Assembly (NCBI GenBank): GCA_044892525.1 | Contig: CM097885.1 | Location: 45,136,001 to 45,200,000 of the forward strand | Source: Schmidtea polychroa | Lineage: Eukaryota | Direction: 5' to 3' | Length of the DNA stretch: 64,000 nt | Shown here: positions 1 through 11,850 of the stretch, piece after piece | Layout of the letters: each line of letters opens with the position of its first letter | How positions within the stretch are numbered: position 1 is the first letter of the stretch | Notes under the pieces: model-generated | Databases searched by the model: none | The model's input: the letters and a program-made list of their open reading frames with translations, nothing else | Told to the model about the DNA's origin: nothing | Program-made: the position numbers and the translations under genes

Positions 1-135
1 GTGGCAAGCTTAAGTCGATTACATGCTCAAGAAGCTCCACTCGAGTTGGACTTCGATATCGACCACATGATATTCACTGCCGATATGAACAGTACTCAGA
101 TTGATCTCGATGAGCTTGTGGTCGATGCGAGGTGA
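1..135 (+). CDS. 3' end of an unidentified reading frame running in from the window edge
   Basis: Open frame VASLSRLHAQEAPLELDFDIDHMIFTADMNSTQIDLDELVVDAR ends in TGA at 133-135. GC content is higher than the flank; no family recognised. Confidence 0.3.
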   Translation: MASLSRLHAQEAPLELDFDIDHMIFTADMNSTQIDLDELVVDAR

Positions 136-279
136 ATCCCGTGTGATCCTTAAATATACATCTTCTGTTAACAATGTTGTTTAAATAATTTCAATATAGT
201 ATTGTCCTTTGTGTCTTTTGTTTTAATTATTGTCTTATACCCATTTATATTGAATACCGGTTAGACTTAGACGTATGAG

Positions 280-1073
280 TAGGGTTTACAATCCCGGGAT
301 CCCGGGATTCAATTATTTCTCATGTCATTCCAGTCCCGGGATTTAAAACATTTAATCCCGGGATCGAATTTAATATTGTTTAATTAAAATAATATACATT
401 ATTTAGTTTGAAATAAATAATTATATTTCGTTATTTTATATGGGATTTAATAAACAAGCTTTAACAATATAATTTAAATATATTGTTAATCATTGAATAA
501 TCAAAGACTTTTATTATACGGAAAATCACCCTACATCTCATCTTAATTTATATAAAGGCTTGGTTTCATTGAAATTCTAAGTGAGGGGTTGTTTTATTGA
601 ACACTTTCCTTGGTTTTTCGGTTCGATTTTTATTTTTACCAAGTAATTTACCAAGAATTTTACAATTTCATTTTACGTAATTTTTAGAATTTTAAATTCT
701 ATATCAGCCCTCCATGTCAAAAGCCTGGCAATACTTTCTCAAAGAAAACAGGGACGAAGTAAAATGCAAGAAGTGCTTCAAAAAGATTAACACGAAAGGT
801 GGATCCACCAAAGGCCTCTTAACTCATCTTACAACCATTCACCAAATAGACTTGAAAATGAACGTAGGCACACATTCTCAACGCCAGGTTTCGGAGGAGC
901 CCGACTGCAAGAAGCGAAAACTATCAGTAATCACTGAATATTTTTCAGTTTCCAAGCCGTCCCTTGATGAAATTCTAGTGCCCATGACAGCTAAAGACGG
1001 ACTCCCTTTCAAGGTTTTCATAACCTCGAAGGATATTCGGGCCGGACTAGCAGCAAGAGGATTGGACGGTTAA
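280..1073 (+). mobile_element. 5'-truncated remnant of an hAT DNA transposon (left end plus BED zinc-finger N-terminus)
   Basis: Terminus TAGGGTTTACAATCCCGGGATCCCGGG with repeated ATCCCGGGAT subterminal motifs. ORF 714-1073 has a BED finger (AWQYF...CKKC...GSTKGLLTHLTTIH) followed by MTAKDGLPF, typical of hAT transposases. Confidence 0.8.
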
Positions 1074-1173
1074 CTGAACATTTAACTGGCAAGAAAATCT
1101 TCTTTCGGTATTAATAGGGAAACTTAAATCCGTCAGTACGTTGTCATCGTTCGACAATTTTCTTTTTGACGTA

Positions 1174-1925
1174 CCATAAATACTCGCGTATAAGTCAACC
1201 CCGCGTAAAAGTCGAAGTGGAAATTTTAAAAGGTTTATAAGTCCTAAATTGGAAACCCGGGTATAAGTCGAAGTAAAAAATTAAACAAAAACATTGAAAG
1301 ATTTTATTGAAAAATAATGACATAAAATATTTTTAATAGGATAGATAAATTGTGATTGTTTGATTAGTCGTCAAAAAGTTCATTGTAGACCTCCTCTGAA
1401 ACATCTCCAACATGGTCATCTGTGTGATCATTATCTTCAGAGTAAACTTCGACATCAGAATCGTCTACGAACAAAGCATCATCTTCAGTTCCATCCATAG
1501 CATTGCTGATGCCACATTTAATAAATGCATATTTGATCATTTCATCTGGGATCGATTTCCAAGCCTCATCAACCCAACCAGCTACAAGAGAATTCAAATG
1601 AATTGATCAACCATTTGTAAGTTAATCAATTGAATAATTGTATATTACTGTTTTGAACTGTTGCAAACCTATCGGTTATTAAATAACATTTCTTAATAAA
1701 TGCTTTTTGGTTTAATGAGTTAATTCAAAATTAATTTAATTATGATAAAATAATCCATTTTCAATTACTGGTATATAATTTAATAATTTAATAATATAAA
1801 TAAATGTGATTAAAAAAACTTGAAAAATTAATTAAAATTTTTATTGACTCGCGTATAAGTCGAAGTGGCTATTTTGACTTGAAAATTTGACGTAAATTTC
1901 TCGACTTATACGCGAGTATATATTG
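1174..1925 (-). mobile_element. Internally deleted pogo/Tigger-like (Tc1/mariner) element
   Basis: TIR-like ends TACTCGCGTATAAGTC ... CGACTTATACGCGAGTATA. ORF 1364-1597 (-) resembles a pogo DDE transposase C-terminus (WVDEAWKSIPDEMIKYAFIKCGIS plus acidic tail). Confidence 0.8.
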
Positions 1926-2654
1926 TCTTTATATCGCCAATCCATAACCCACAGAGAGAACACAATGAGTAGTAGTCCTAGTAATGAATCTTACCAGCTC
2001 ATTGGATCTCGACCATTCTGTACATCACCAACATAGACATTACCATGAATACACAGATGAGAATTGAAATAATCATGCACGTGTTTGTAGTAGAAGATAA
2101 TTTTATGTTCTTCATATGTCAGAAGATCTAGGATGAAATGGACATATTTCTGGTTGGGCAAAGAAATAAAATGTTCTTTTTTTTGATGAAATTATTTAAT
2201 TTGCTCGATAGAAGAAAAATCAAATTAGAAAAAACAATAAAAGTGGAGTATAAAAGTAAATTGATCCCTGACCCAGACATATTAATGTATATTAGTGGTT
2301 CTCTAGTTAAAAATGCCCCAACAAATCTTGATTGTGGATTTATTAATCCTAACCTACATTACATAAAATTGCAAACATATTCAAATGTGGATGTCATTGA
2401 AATTATTTGTATTAATGCTTCCTTAAAAATAGTACCTTAATGATTATAATTAGGAAAATAATATATATGCATCTCATATTGCTGTCGCAAGTGATAAGAT
2501 GCTTAATAATAAATTATAATTAATGAGAATATTATTATTACTACTCAGACAATATGATTAATTACTTAATTGAACGGTTGATTTTGATTTCAATTGTAAA
2601 ATATGTTAAAATTAATCTTAAACTAATATCTATATATCTATATATATATATATA

Positions 2655-3420
2655 GGCGACGGTTTATTATACGCATCCCAAAAAAAAATTAATTAATAAA
2701 TAAATCAATTAAATAATCATTTTATTTTAAACCTTAAAAATGCAAAATTATACTGACTTATACACAATTTTTCAAATTACCTCTGATAAATTGGAATGTA
2801 TTAAATACTTTCAAAGAAAAAATGTTTTAAAAAGTAATTTTAATTGTTTTTGTGGTCAACAAATGACTTTAATAAAAAGAAATAATATAACAATTGGATA
2901 TACTTATAAATGTCCGAGAAAATCCTCTTTCTGCAGTGTAAGGAAAGATTCTTTTATTGAGAAATCAAAGCTGCCACTTTCTATATTGCTTCTTTTGACT
3001 TATTTTTGGATATTGGGGGTGCCTAGCAATAATATTTTAACAATGTTAAAGTTACCAAAAAAACCTTTGGCAGATTGGAATAATTTCTTTTCAGAAATTT
3101 GTTCGACCTCTGCTAAATTTAAATAACGATGATCTCATGATTGGGGGAGAAGGAGTAATCGTGAAAATCGACGAAACTCTTATCTCCAAAAAAACCAAAT
3201 ATAACAGAGGTCGGAGATACAGGGAAGTTTGGATGATGGGCGGTATTGACAGAGAGTTATTGCGGTATTGCGAGAGTTGTCGAAAGAAGAGATCGTGAAA
3301 CTCTTCTTCCTTTAATCACTAAATTTATAATACCAGGCTCTATTATTCACTCTGATATGTGGCGTGGATATTATACCGAAACCTTAATTATTAACTTGAA
3401 TGATCAGTATTTAAGATAAA
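2655..3420 (+). mobile_element. Merlin (IS1595/ISXO2-like) transposase pseudogene
   Basis: ORF 2740-3126 has a C-x-C zinc-ribbon region. It continues through frameshifts into IGGEGVIVKIDET...KYNRGR...WMMGGIDR and RDRETLLPLITKFIIPGSIIHSDMWRGY, the ISXO2 DDE motifs. GG-starting putative TIR at 2655. Confidence 0.85.
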
Positions 3421-5187
3421 TATTTACTGGATTATTAATGACTAGAATTTCAAGTTTTTTCTTGTTCATTACTTACATTTTTATGATATTTATTTAGTAT
3501 GTTTTGAATAATTTAAATTTTTACATGATATTTTTCAATTATTTAATCAATTTTTACATAGTTATTGAAGAATACTAGGAAAATATTGGAAAATCTTACT
3601 AGTGCCTTGAGTTTAGTTGCATTTTTATTAATTTTTCATTCAATGATCATCATTTTCCTCGATGAATGGAATTTTCTTTTAAAGATCAATCTATTTGTTA
3701 GTACATAGTTGTTGGTATTTGTTAGTAAGTACTTGGTACTTGGTAGTACTGTACTAGGTATCCGGTTGATAGAGATGTTGACAAGAAGAAAAAAATCAAA
3801 GTTTTATTATTGAATTACAAATGGCCAGTTACGGCATAAGGAGATGAAATTCTCAACCCTTCATTCTCTAAAGCTGCGACTAATTTATCTGTGAACGAAT
3901 GAGCATACGGCTCAAACGTTAAACTCGGCTGGTTCGATCTGTATTGATATACCCATAGCCAGCTATGTTTGGTATAGAGCAATGGACATTTGATGAAGGG
4001 ACATTGTATGAGCATTTTTTGATTGAATTTGAAATTGGGAATTCTATGTTTGAAATAACAAAGTATTTGAATTAGCTAAGTATTTGAAACATGAGGTGGT
4101 GTTCAGTATTTTTGATTCGATATATCTGCTTTGACGTTTGAATTGCGAACTTGATGTTTGAATTATCTTGGTATGAGTTGGTGAAAAGCATTTTTCATTA
4201 AATATATCTGCTTTTACGTTTGAATTGCGAATTCGATGTTTGAATAAGGTTTGTATACGATGATGAAATGTAAAGGTAAAAGGTGTTAGAGATGTATAGA
4301 AGTTGTACAAAAGACGAGATAGATGTAGGAATAATGTATGAAAATCAAGTAGAGGCAGTAAAACCATAGGAAAGATATAATTCTTGAAATTAATACAAAG
4401 ATTATAAAATTGATAAGGCAAATACAAAAAATTGCATAACATAATACACCAAAAAACGGATAACTGGGTAAAATAAACCGTAAAAAAAAGTGAAGACACT
4501 ATCAATATGTAAGAGCGATACTCGAATAAGTAAAAGGTATAATCCGGATAGCTTCACCTGGAAGTGATAGTTAATAGTCATTTGCAAATAGTCGAGTAAG
4601 TCTATACAAAGCCCGAAAACTGGTTGGTATTACGAATATGCTGGTGATTTTCGCCTGAAATTTTCTTGTAATTGGAAATATTTTTTCTTATTATAGTAAA
4701 GAATAAATTAATAGTTATTATTTAGTATAGATTTTAGAATATGATTTTGAAATAATAAATATAGATAATTTTATGAGTTATTTATTAAGCGAATCGGCCG
4801 ATAGGCCAATGAGCTGCGTTAAAAATTTTTCAAGAGATCATTTGAAAATCTGATCTTTAGAAAATAAACTATATTAAAAAACAAATTTTATATAAGATAA
4901 CATTAATAATTTTACTTTTATTATAATATTAAATTTTATAGTTTAAATTTTAATTAAATATAATAATAATTTATCATAAAATATAGGAGTTTTAATTTAA
5001 AATAAATATAATGGGATTTACCAAAAATTTAGGAAATCTTTTATTAAAGGATTTAAAATCAAATTTTATTATAAGTTTATTGTTATTTAAATTCAAATTA
5101 TGTTAAATAGAATTTTATTATAAGTTTAATCTTAAATTTTATTAGGAACATTTTTAAATAAATTTAAGAAATTTTTACTTTTATTAA

Positions 5188-5395
5188 CCCTGCAGAGCGC
5201 GCGCTAAGAAGATCGTTTATATATTCTTGATTATTTGTTTTGTTTGGACAGATTCGTAGATATATATTCCGTAGATATATAATACATATGCCAAAAACAG
5301 TAAGACAAAACAGTAAAAAAAACGGTAAAAAGTAAAAAGTAAAAAACCATCAAAGATCGTCTGGGTCTGTGAGACCCAACGCGCCCTCTGGAGGG
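5188..5395. mobile_element. piggyBac-type MITE (208 bp)
   Basis: TTAA on both sides (5184-5187, 5396-5399); imperfect TIRs CCCTGCAGAGCGCGCG / CGCGCCCTCTGGAGGG. Confidence 0.8.
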
Positions 5396-5777
5396 TTAAA
5401 GGGTTTTAAATTCAAATTTATGTTAAATAGAATTTTATTATAAGTTTATTGTTATTTAAATTCAAAATATTCAAAAAAAAAATATGTTAAATAGAATTTT
5501 ATTATAAGTTCAATGTTAAACTTTTATTGTGGCATTTTATTATAATACTAAATTTTATCAAATTATTTAAGATAATATAAATTAGAAATTAAATTTATGT
5601 GACCAGAAATAATAATGAGGTTTAATATCCCAGTATCAAAGATTTTTGTTGAGAAGTATTAAGTTTTTATGTTTCTTTTTGGGTCAAGATTTAACAGTTT
5701 TTCATGGCATGTGGATTCAGGATTCTTTGACTTGTTCATCTTGATTTTTAACTTAATTTTCTTCGGATTAAATGTTT

Positions 5778-6488
5778 TTATTTTGGTTCTAGCTCTCTTT
5801 GGTAAAGTTTCTTTGGTTTCAGCTTCTTCTTAGTATTATTAAGTTTCATAGATTCATGATTCATTTTCTTGATTTTGGTTCCGGTTATTTTTGGTTTCTT
5901 TTTCAATAATATATTTTCAAATTCAGGTATTGTTTCTGGGGATGTTACCATAGTTTCTGCGATAGTGGGATTATTTTTAAATGAAGCAGGCTTAGCTGTA
6001 GATGGCATCATTTCATCATCATGGTAGTGTAATGATCTACAACAACATACAATGAAATTATTATAGAAAATGATAAATATCTCTTCATTTCGATCCAAAT
6101 TTTAATTTTCTTTGTTTCTTGACTTTAGTTTGCTTTACTGTATTGGGTTTACTTTCCTTTTCATTATTTTGATTTCTGTTACGGTTTCAGATTCATTTAT
6201 TACGTTCAAAGTGATTTCTGAGGTGGGATTAATCAGCTCTGGAATATCGATAATATTTAAAGGGTCAGGTGAGGAGGGCATGGGTCTTATCTCCGTCAGC
6301 CAGTCTGGACCATTTGCAAATTCATCAGGATAGTTTAAAATATAGGATCTTCCTTTCCAGTCCATGGTAAAGTCTTTGTTGAAATATTCAAAGTGATCTG
6401 ATAACTTAGCCAAGATTTTGTAAAAATTTATCATAGAGTTTGACCAATACCCACAGGGGCACAAAAAGTTCTTTCGGATAAACTCAGG
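5778..6488 (-). other. Unidentified, probably spliced or decayed coding region
   Basis: ORFs 6135-6464 and 5778-6098. An acceptor-like TATATAG precedes PEFIRKNFLCPCGYWSN; donor-like GTAAAC and acceptor-like TTGTAG lie between the ORFs. No family recognised. Confidence 0.35.
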
Positions 6489-6883
6489 CTATATATAATG
6501 AAACGAATTAACAATAAATATTTATTTAATGAGCATGCAAATAATTCATTTTTACTTTGCAATAATAAGTCAGTATGGATCTTAGTAATCAATTAAAAGA
6601 AGTAAGTTAAGCAGATTTTTGTGAATAAAAATTAGAATTCTATAGCCTTTTGTTGTAATTTTAAAATATTTAAATTATTTTTATTTTTAATTCCACGTGG
6701 TGTGTAGTCAATTAATCAAATATGAAAAACTTAAAATTGGATAAAAAAACAATTATGTTAATAAAAAAACATTTATATTATTATAAAAAAATTCATTTGT
6801 TTTTTATTATTCAAGTTTATTTTAAAAGGTTATATACCAAATAAAAATTATAGTGATTTGGCTTTTTTTCTTAATAATTATTT

Positions 6884-7597
6884 ATGGATTATCTTATCAA
6901 CGATCGGTTCACGGAATATTCCGATGGAATTATTTTTTTTCAAGGAGTTTTTCAAATTAGAAGAAAAATATGGAAAATCTGGGCCTGCATTTCTTTATTA
7001 ATATTACCTATGACATTTTTGTGCAATGCCAATTATGTTGGCGATTTATTTCTACCCGATATGCCAAATGGAACCTTGAAAGAAACGTCCGGTTATCGAG
7101 ATATCAATTCTTCAGGGGTCATTGAAATTGTTATTAAAGTTCCTGACTCAACTTTAGTTAATATGAAAAGTCGTTTGGAAAATCGTATTGTTTCCACATC
7201 TTTATCAAATTCAAATTTCCTATATAAATTTAACGTAGATTGCTTGAATAATTATATCAATTATTGGCTTCATAAATATCTACGGCGGCTGTGGGAGGCA
7301 GAATTGAACAAGTTTCGACATTATTTCACAACAATCAAAGGCTTGCATATTCATTTTATTCATGTCAAACTGATTGTAAAACAAAAAAAGTTATTCAGAA
7401 ACAATGATGGCCTGATAGATGAAACTCAGTTTCAAAATATGCTCAGCTGCCGATATTTTAATAATCCAAAAGCGGATTCGTTTAATAAAAGGAGTAAACT
7501 ACGACAATATCCCACTTCTGATACCATTGTCGTAGTTTGCTCCTTCTTGATTGGTGATGGACTTTCTTTGACATATTCATTAAATGAATCCGCTTAA
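6884..7597 (+). pseudogene. EPHX1: Truncated, degenerate microsomal epoxide hydrolase (EHN domain)
   Basis: N-terminal hydrophobic anchor, then FNVDCLNNYINYW...EAELNKFRHYFTTIKGLHIHFIHVK, matching the EPHX1/JHEH N-terminus. A decayed HGWPG motif lies in another frame at 7402-7416. IVVVCSFLIGDGLS resembles FEVICPSIPGYGFS. The ORF stops before the catalytic nucleophile. Confidence 0.75.
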
Positions 7598-7799
7598 TTA
7601 ATTCACTACATGGTGTTTTAAAGTGGTTGAGTTGACATTTATTATCATTCATATTTTGACGAAAATCATCATTTTAGTTAAATTTAGACATTTTACTTAG
7701 TCAGAAAAGGTTGATTGTAATTAAAAATATTTTTAAATTCTAACATAAATAAAATAATTTATTTATTGAAAAAGCATTTGATAAAATACAATGAAGAAT

Positions 7800-8520
7800 A
7801 TTTAGTTGGTTGTAAGTAGCTAGTTGTAAATGCTTAGTATCTAGTTGTTTGAGACCTAGTTAGTACTTGGTATCTGGGATCTAGTTGGTTGCTTGTTGTT
7901 GGGACCTAGTTATTAGTACCTAGTTGCTGGCACTTGGTAACTGGTTGTAAGTACTTGGTTGATAGTTCTTAGGACTTGGTTGTTATTTTTTGCAGGTATC
8001 TGGTTGTAAGTACATAGTAGCAGGTTGTAAACTAAGTACTTAGTTGTAAATATTTGGTACATATTTGTTAGTATCTAGTTAAAAATACCTAGCAGCTGAT
8101 AGTTGTTACTTGATATCTGATTGTAAATAGTACCTAGTTCTTTGGTTAGCTGTTTGTTCAAAGTACATAGTTGTTAGTATTTGGTTGTAAGTATCTGGTT
8201 GGCCTTTTAGATTTGGACAAGAATATAAGAAATATTCTACTTGATGAATTAAGAAAAGCTTATTATAAGCAAATACTTGATGAATAAATTTTGTTAAGTC
8301 TTTAATTATTATTATGTTATGTGTAGGTATGTGGTTGTTAGTATTTGGTATCCAGTTGTGGGTATCTAGTTGTAAGTACTTTGTTGTTTGTAATTGGTTG
8401 TTGTTGGTTGTTAGTACATGGTACTTGGTATCTAGTTGTAAATAATTGGTAGTTGGTTATAAGTACTTGGTAGCTGGTTGTAAGTACTTGGTTGTTGTTG
8501 GTATCTGATTGTTGAATTAT
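7800..8520. repeat. Degenerate TAGTTG/TACTTGG-type simple satellite
   Basis: Dense imperfect repeats such as TAGTTGTAAGTACTTGG; a shorter patch of the same type lies at about 3700-3770. Confidence 0.75.
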
Positions 8521-8572
8521 TATTAATATTACTATTATTATTTATAAGAAAACGCCAATCAAACATTCTTTT

Positions 8573-8611
8573 CACGATATATTTCGACAGTTTTCCTGTC
8601 ATCATCAGGTG
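8573..8611 (-). ncRNA. Minimal type I hammerhead ribozyme
   Basis: Minus strand reads CAC-CUGAUGA-U-GACAG(GAAAA)CUGUC-GAA-AUAUAU-C-GUG: canonical core, 5-bp stem II, palindromic stem III and 3-bp stem I. Confidence 0.85.
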
Positions 8612-11410
8612 GAATATAAAAACTATATAAATTTAGCATTTTAAACAAATTTATTAATTTTATTAATTTTATAAAAATTTTTTGATATTTAATAAAAACA
8701 TTTCATCTTTTTTTAATTTCAATATTTTTTACTGAAGAAATTATCTTATTTACTGAAACATAAATCACTGAACATTTTGATTAAATTACTGAATGTTCTG
8801 AAATTAATCTTTCATTTTATTAATATTAGGAATAATTTTGTTTTACATTAACAAAATATTTCTATTTTATTTGAATATATAAATTGTCAACAAATAAGTC
8901 ATCACTAATTTATTATTAAATTCCTTTGAAAGACGGGAAATTAAATTTATTATATATTCATAATTCATCAACGGAAGTTTTCATTTATTAGTTATAACAT
9001 TAAAACAACAATTTATTTATTTCGATTGAATATAGTTATGGTTTTATATCACGTCTTTTTAGTTATTTAGATATCTACATATAGTCTGCTTTATAAATGA
9101 GAGTCACTCATATTGTTTGAAATATTTATAACTGAGAAAATAAATCAGTTATTATTTATTGCTTTAATTTAAACAAATAATTTTTGAAATAAAATGAATA
9201 AAATTTTTTCTATTATTAATATCAAATTAATTGAAATTTTAGGCACATTATTGCCAATAAGCATCTAGGTAATGACTGACTGACCTGCAATAGATTCAAA
9301 ATTACAGTTTAACAAATTATATATTATAAAATACTTGAATATTTTTGTTGTTCAGAATTGCAAAAATAATCCACTTATTTTTCTTTTTAATCAGTTTTGG
9401 TTTACGAAAATTTATGTTGTTTATATTTATGTTTAATATTAATTAACAATTTTGTTTAAAACTAAATTTGAGTTTCTTAATGACTTATTTGGGAATTTTC
9501 GGTATTTATATTTATTTTTATATTTTTATTTATTTTATATTTATTTTTAATTATATTTCTAAATTATTTTTTTTTGTATCAATAAAGACAACTAAAAATT
9601 TCTTTTTATTTCATTTGTATAAAATAAAACATTAATATTTCTATAAAAACTGTTAGAATTATTTAGAATTTATTAATTTTTAAAAATCTAGAGAATATAA
9701 ATTGAACATAGTCCGTCAATGGTGAAAAAGAATACCGATAATTAGAAAATATTTTTTTGAAAAAAATTAATAAATTTAAAAGGAATTCACTTTGTCAGGG
9801 AAATAAATTTTTTCATATTTATAAATTGTCCTAAAAAGTTTTCGATATAAATTCCAGTATTTATGAAATTAAAAATATAAACTATTTTTATTACAATTCA
9901 ATTCTGTCAGACGTCCAAACATTATTCAGAAATTTGTTATCATTCTAGATCAATAGTGCTCATTTTAAAAATTACCAGTATATTCGTGGATCAGAAATTA
10001 TTTAAATTGTATAATATCCTATTGTTTTTGAAAATCAATTAAAAACAATAAACAAATGAATAATTAATAAAAATTATTCTTTTCAAAAATTTAAAATAAA
10101 TAATTAACATTAGCCTTGCATTTTTACAATTTGTAGTCAAAATAAAAATAATTAAGATTCTTCAAAAATTTAAATTATTAAGTTAATTAATTTATCTAAA
10201 ATACGATGAAATAATTTGATAATAGCACAAACATTGGAAATATTTGATACACAGTTGACAATTATAGAGTGAGATCAGGTTTCTAACATAATTTTGGTGA
10301 CAGCCAAAAAGTTCATAACTAATCTGCCATTAGAAATCACCTGGAATATCAATTTTAATAAACTTTATTTTATTCAGTACGTCATTCAAAAACCAAAAAA
10401 CATGTATTTTGAATGAGATTTACTATTTTTGGCGCACATAAAATTTTTCAACTATTAGTAACACCTTGAAATAAAAGTGCTAATTATTTTATTTAATAAT
10501 ATTAATTTCTAATTTATTTGTGTTTTATTTTAATTATTATTAAATATTTAATTTAAATTATCATAAAACTTATTTGTATCAATTCATTTTTTTCAGAAAC
10601 AAATTATAAATGATTAAAATATAAAGTTAACATAGCCAAGTATAACTCAAACACTTTTAAATAAACAATAAGCGCAACTTCATTTCAAGATCAAGCAAAT
10701 AAATGAAAGTCTTGTTAATATATTATTATTAAAACAAACAAAGTGAAACAAGTTCACCGTGAAATCCTTAAATTCTTTTATCGTTTTTGTCATTGATCGA
10801 CTTTTAATTTTTAATTTTTAGTTGTGATTATCTTTATTTTAGACTATATGTCTATCTTTTTATTTAACATAAAATTTCGGATAAAACGTTTGGAAAAACA
10901 TGTGCAACGAAATTCTTGTTAAATAAAAAAATATTGTTCTATACAAACAATAGCTTCCAACAGCAGATTATCTTATAGTTTATAACGTAAATCGAAAATA
11001 TAATATTAAGCCTAAAAAGGGTTGCAGTACCATAGTAAATAATTTTTGGAAATGTTAATCATTGAGTTTTAATTAAAATTATATTTATGAAATCAAAGAT
11101 TTTTGAATTTAAACACCCCAAGTCAAAGGATTAATTTTTTACATCATTAATATTTTTTAAGAATTATCGGTTAAATTGTTTTATTTTTTCTAAATTTTTC
11201 ACCAGAAATATTTATTATCTTTTTGTTTAATATTAATAAATCAATAAATATAATATAACAACAAAGGTTTTTGGTTAAATTCATTGAACGAAAAAGAAAT
11301 ATATATTAATAAATATTAAAAAAAACAATAAATAACCTTTATTTATTTAAAAAAAGAAACAATCCCAAAGGAATTATTCAAATAATTATTTTTCATTCAA
11401 CTCTTTTCTA

Positions 11411-11850
11411 TTATCTTCCAAACATTATCGGATCAAATCGTTTTCCAAACTGGATTGGATCGAATCTCTTACCAAACTGGATTGGATCGAATCTCTTACC
11501 AAACTGGATTGGATCGAATCGCTTGCCAAACTGGATTGGATCGAATCTCTTACCAAACTGAATTGGGTCGAATCGCTTACCAAATTGGATTGGATCGAAT
11601 CGCTTACCGAATTGTATCGGATCAAATTTTTTCCCGAATTGAATTGGATCAAATCGTTTTCCAAATTGAATAGGATCAAATTTTTTGTAAAACAGAATCG
11701 GATCATATCCTCCATCAGACTGATTAAGCTCATATATCTTTTTTATGAAACGTTTTATCAATTCTAATAGTATTTCATATAATTTACCTGTGGGTATCCA
11801 GATATGACATGAAATAAACCTACAGTTATAATTAGAGTGACATGTGTCAT
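11411..11850 (-). CDS. spp-15: Neuropeptide precursor, 123 aa, two coding exons (11850-11788, 11719-11411): 9x FDPIQFamide, 1x FDPIMFamide and an N-terminal GYDPILFY peptide
   Basis: ATG at 11850 begins a signal peptide (MTHVTLIITVGLFHVISG-YPQ). A 68-nt GT..CAG phase-0 intron (11787-11720) joins it in frame to repeats flanked by G-KR/KK amidation and cleavage sites. The symbol is recalled from the planarian DPIxF peptide family (related to schistosome npp-26) and should be verified. Confidence 0.93.

Noticed and set aside
1950-2440. ORF 2138-2440 (+) and a minus-strand open stretch (HFISLPNQKYVHFILDLL...GRDPMSW)
   Set aside because: No recognisable family, interrupted by stops; cannot be supported as a gene.
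6478-6500. Short similarity CTCAGGCT..TATATAATG shared with about 61801
   Set aside because: Too short and does not extend.
11411-11720. Regular 27-bp repeat considered as a CRISPR-like array
   Set aside because: No spacers, eukaryotic context, and the repeats are peptide-coding.
11425-11767. Alternative-frame and antisense ORFs over the neuropeptide repeats
   Set aside because: By-products of the 27-nt coding repeat.
11764-11787. 24-nt GT..AG mini-intron in the neuropeptide gene
   Set aside because: It gives an immediate in-frame stop; the 68-nt intron keeps the frame.
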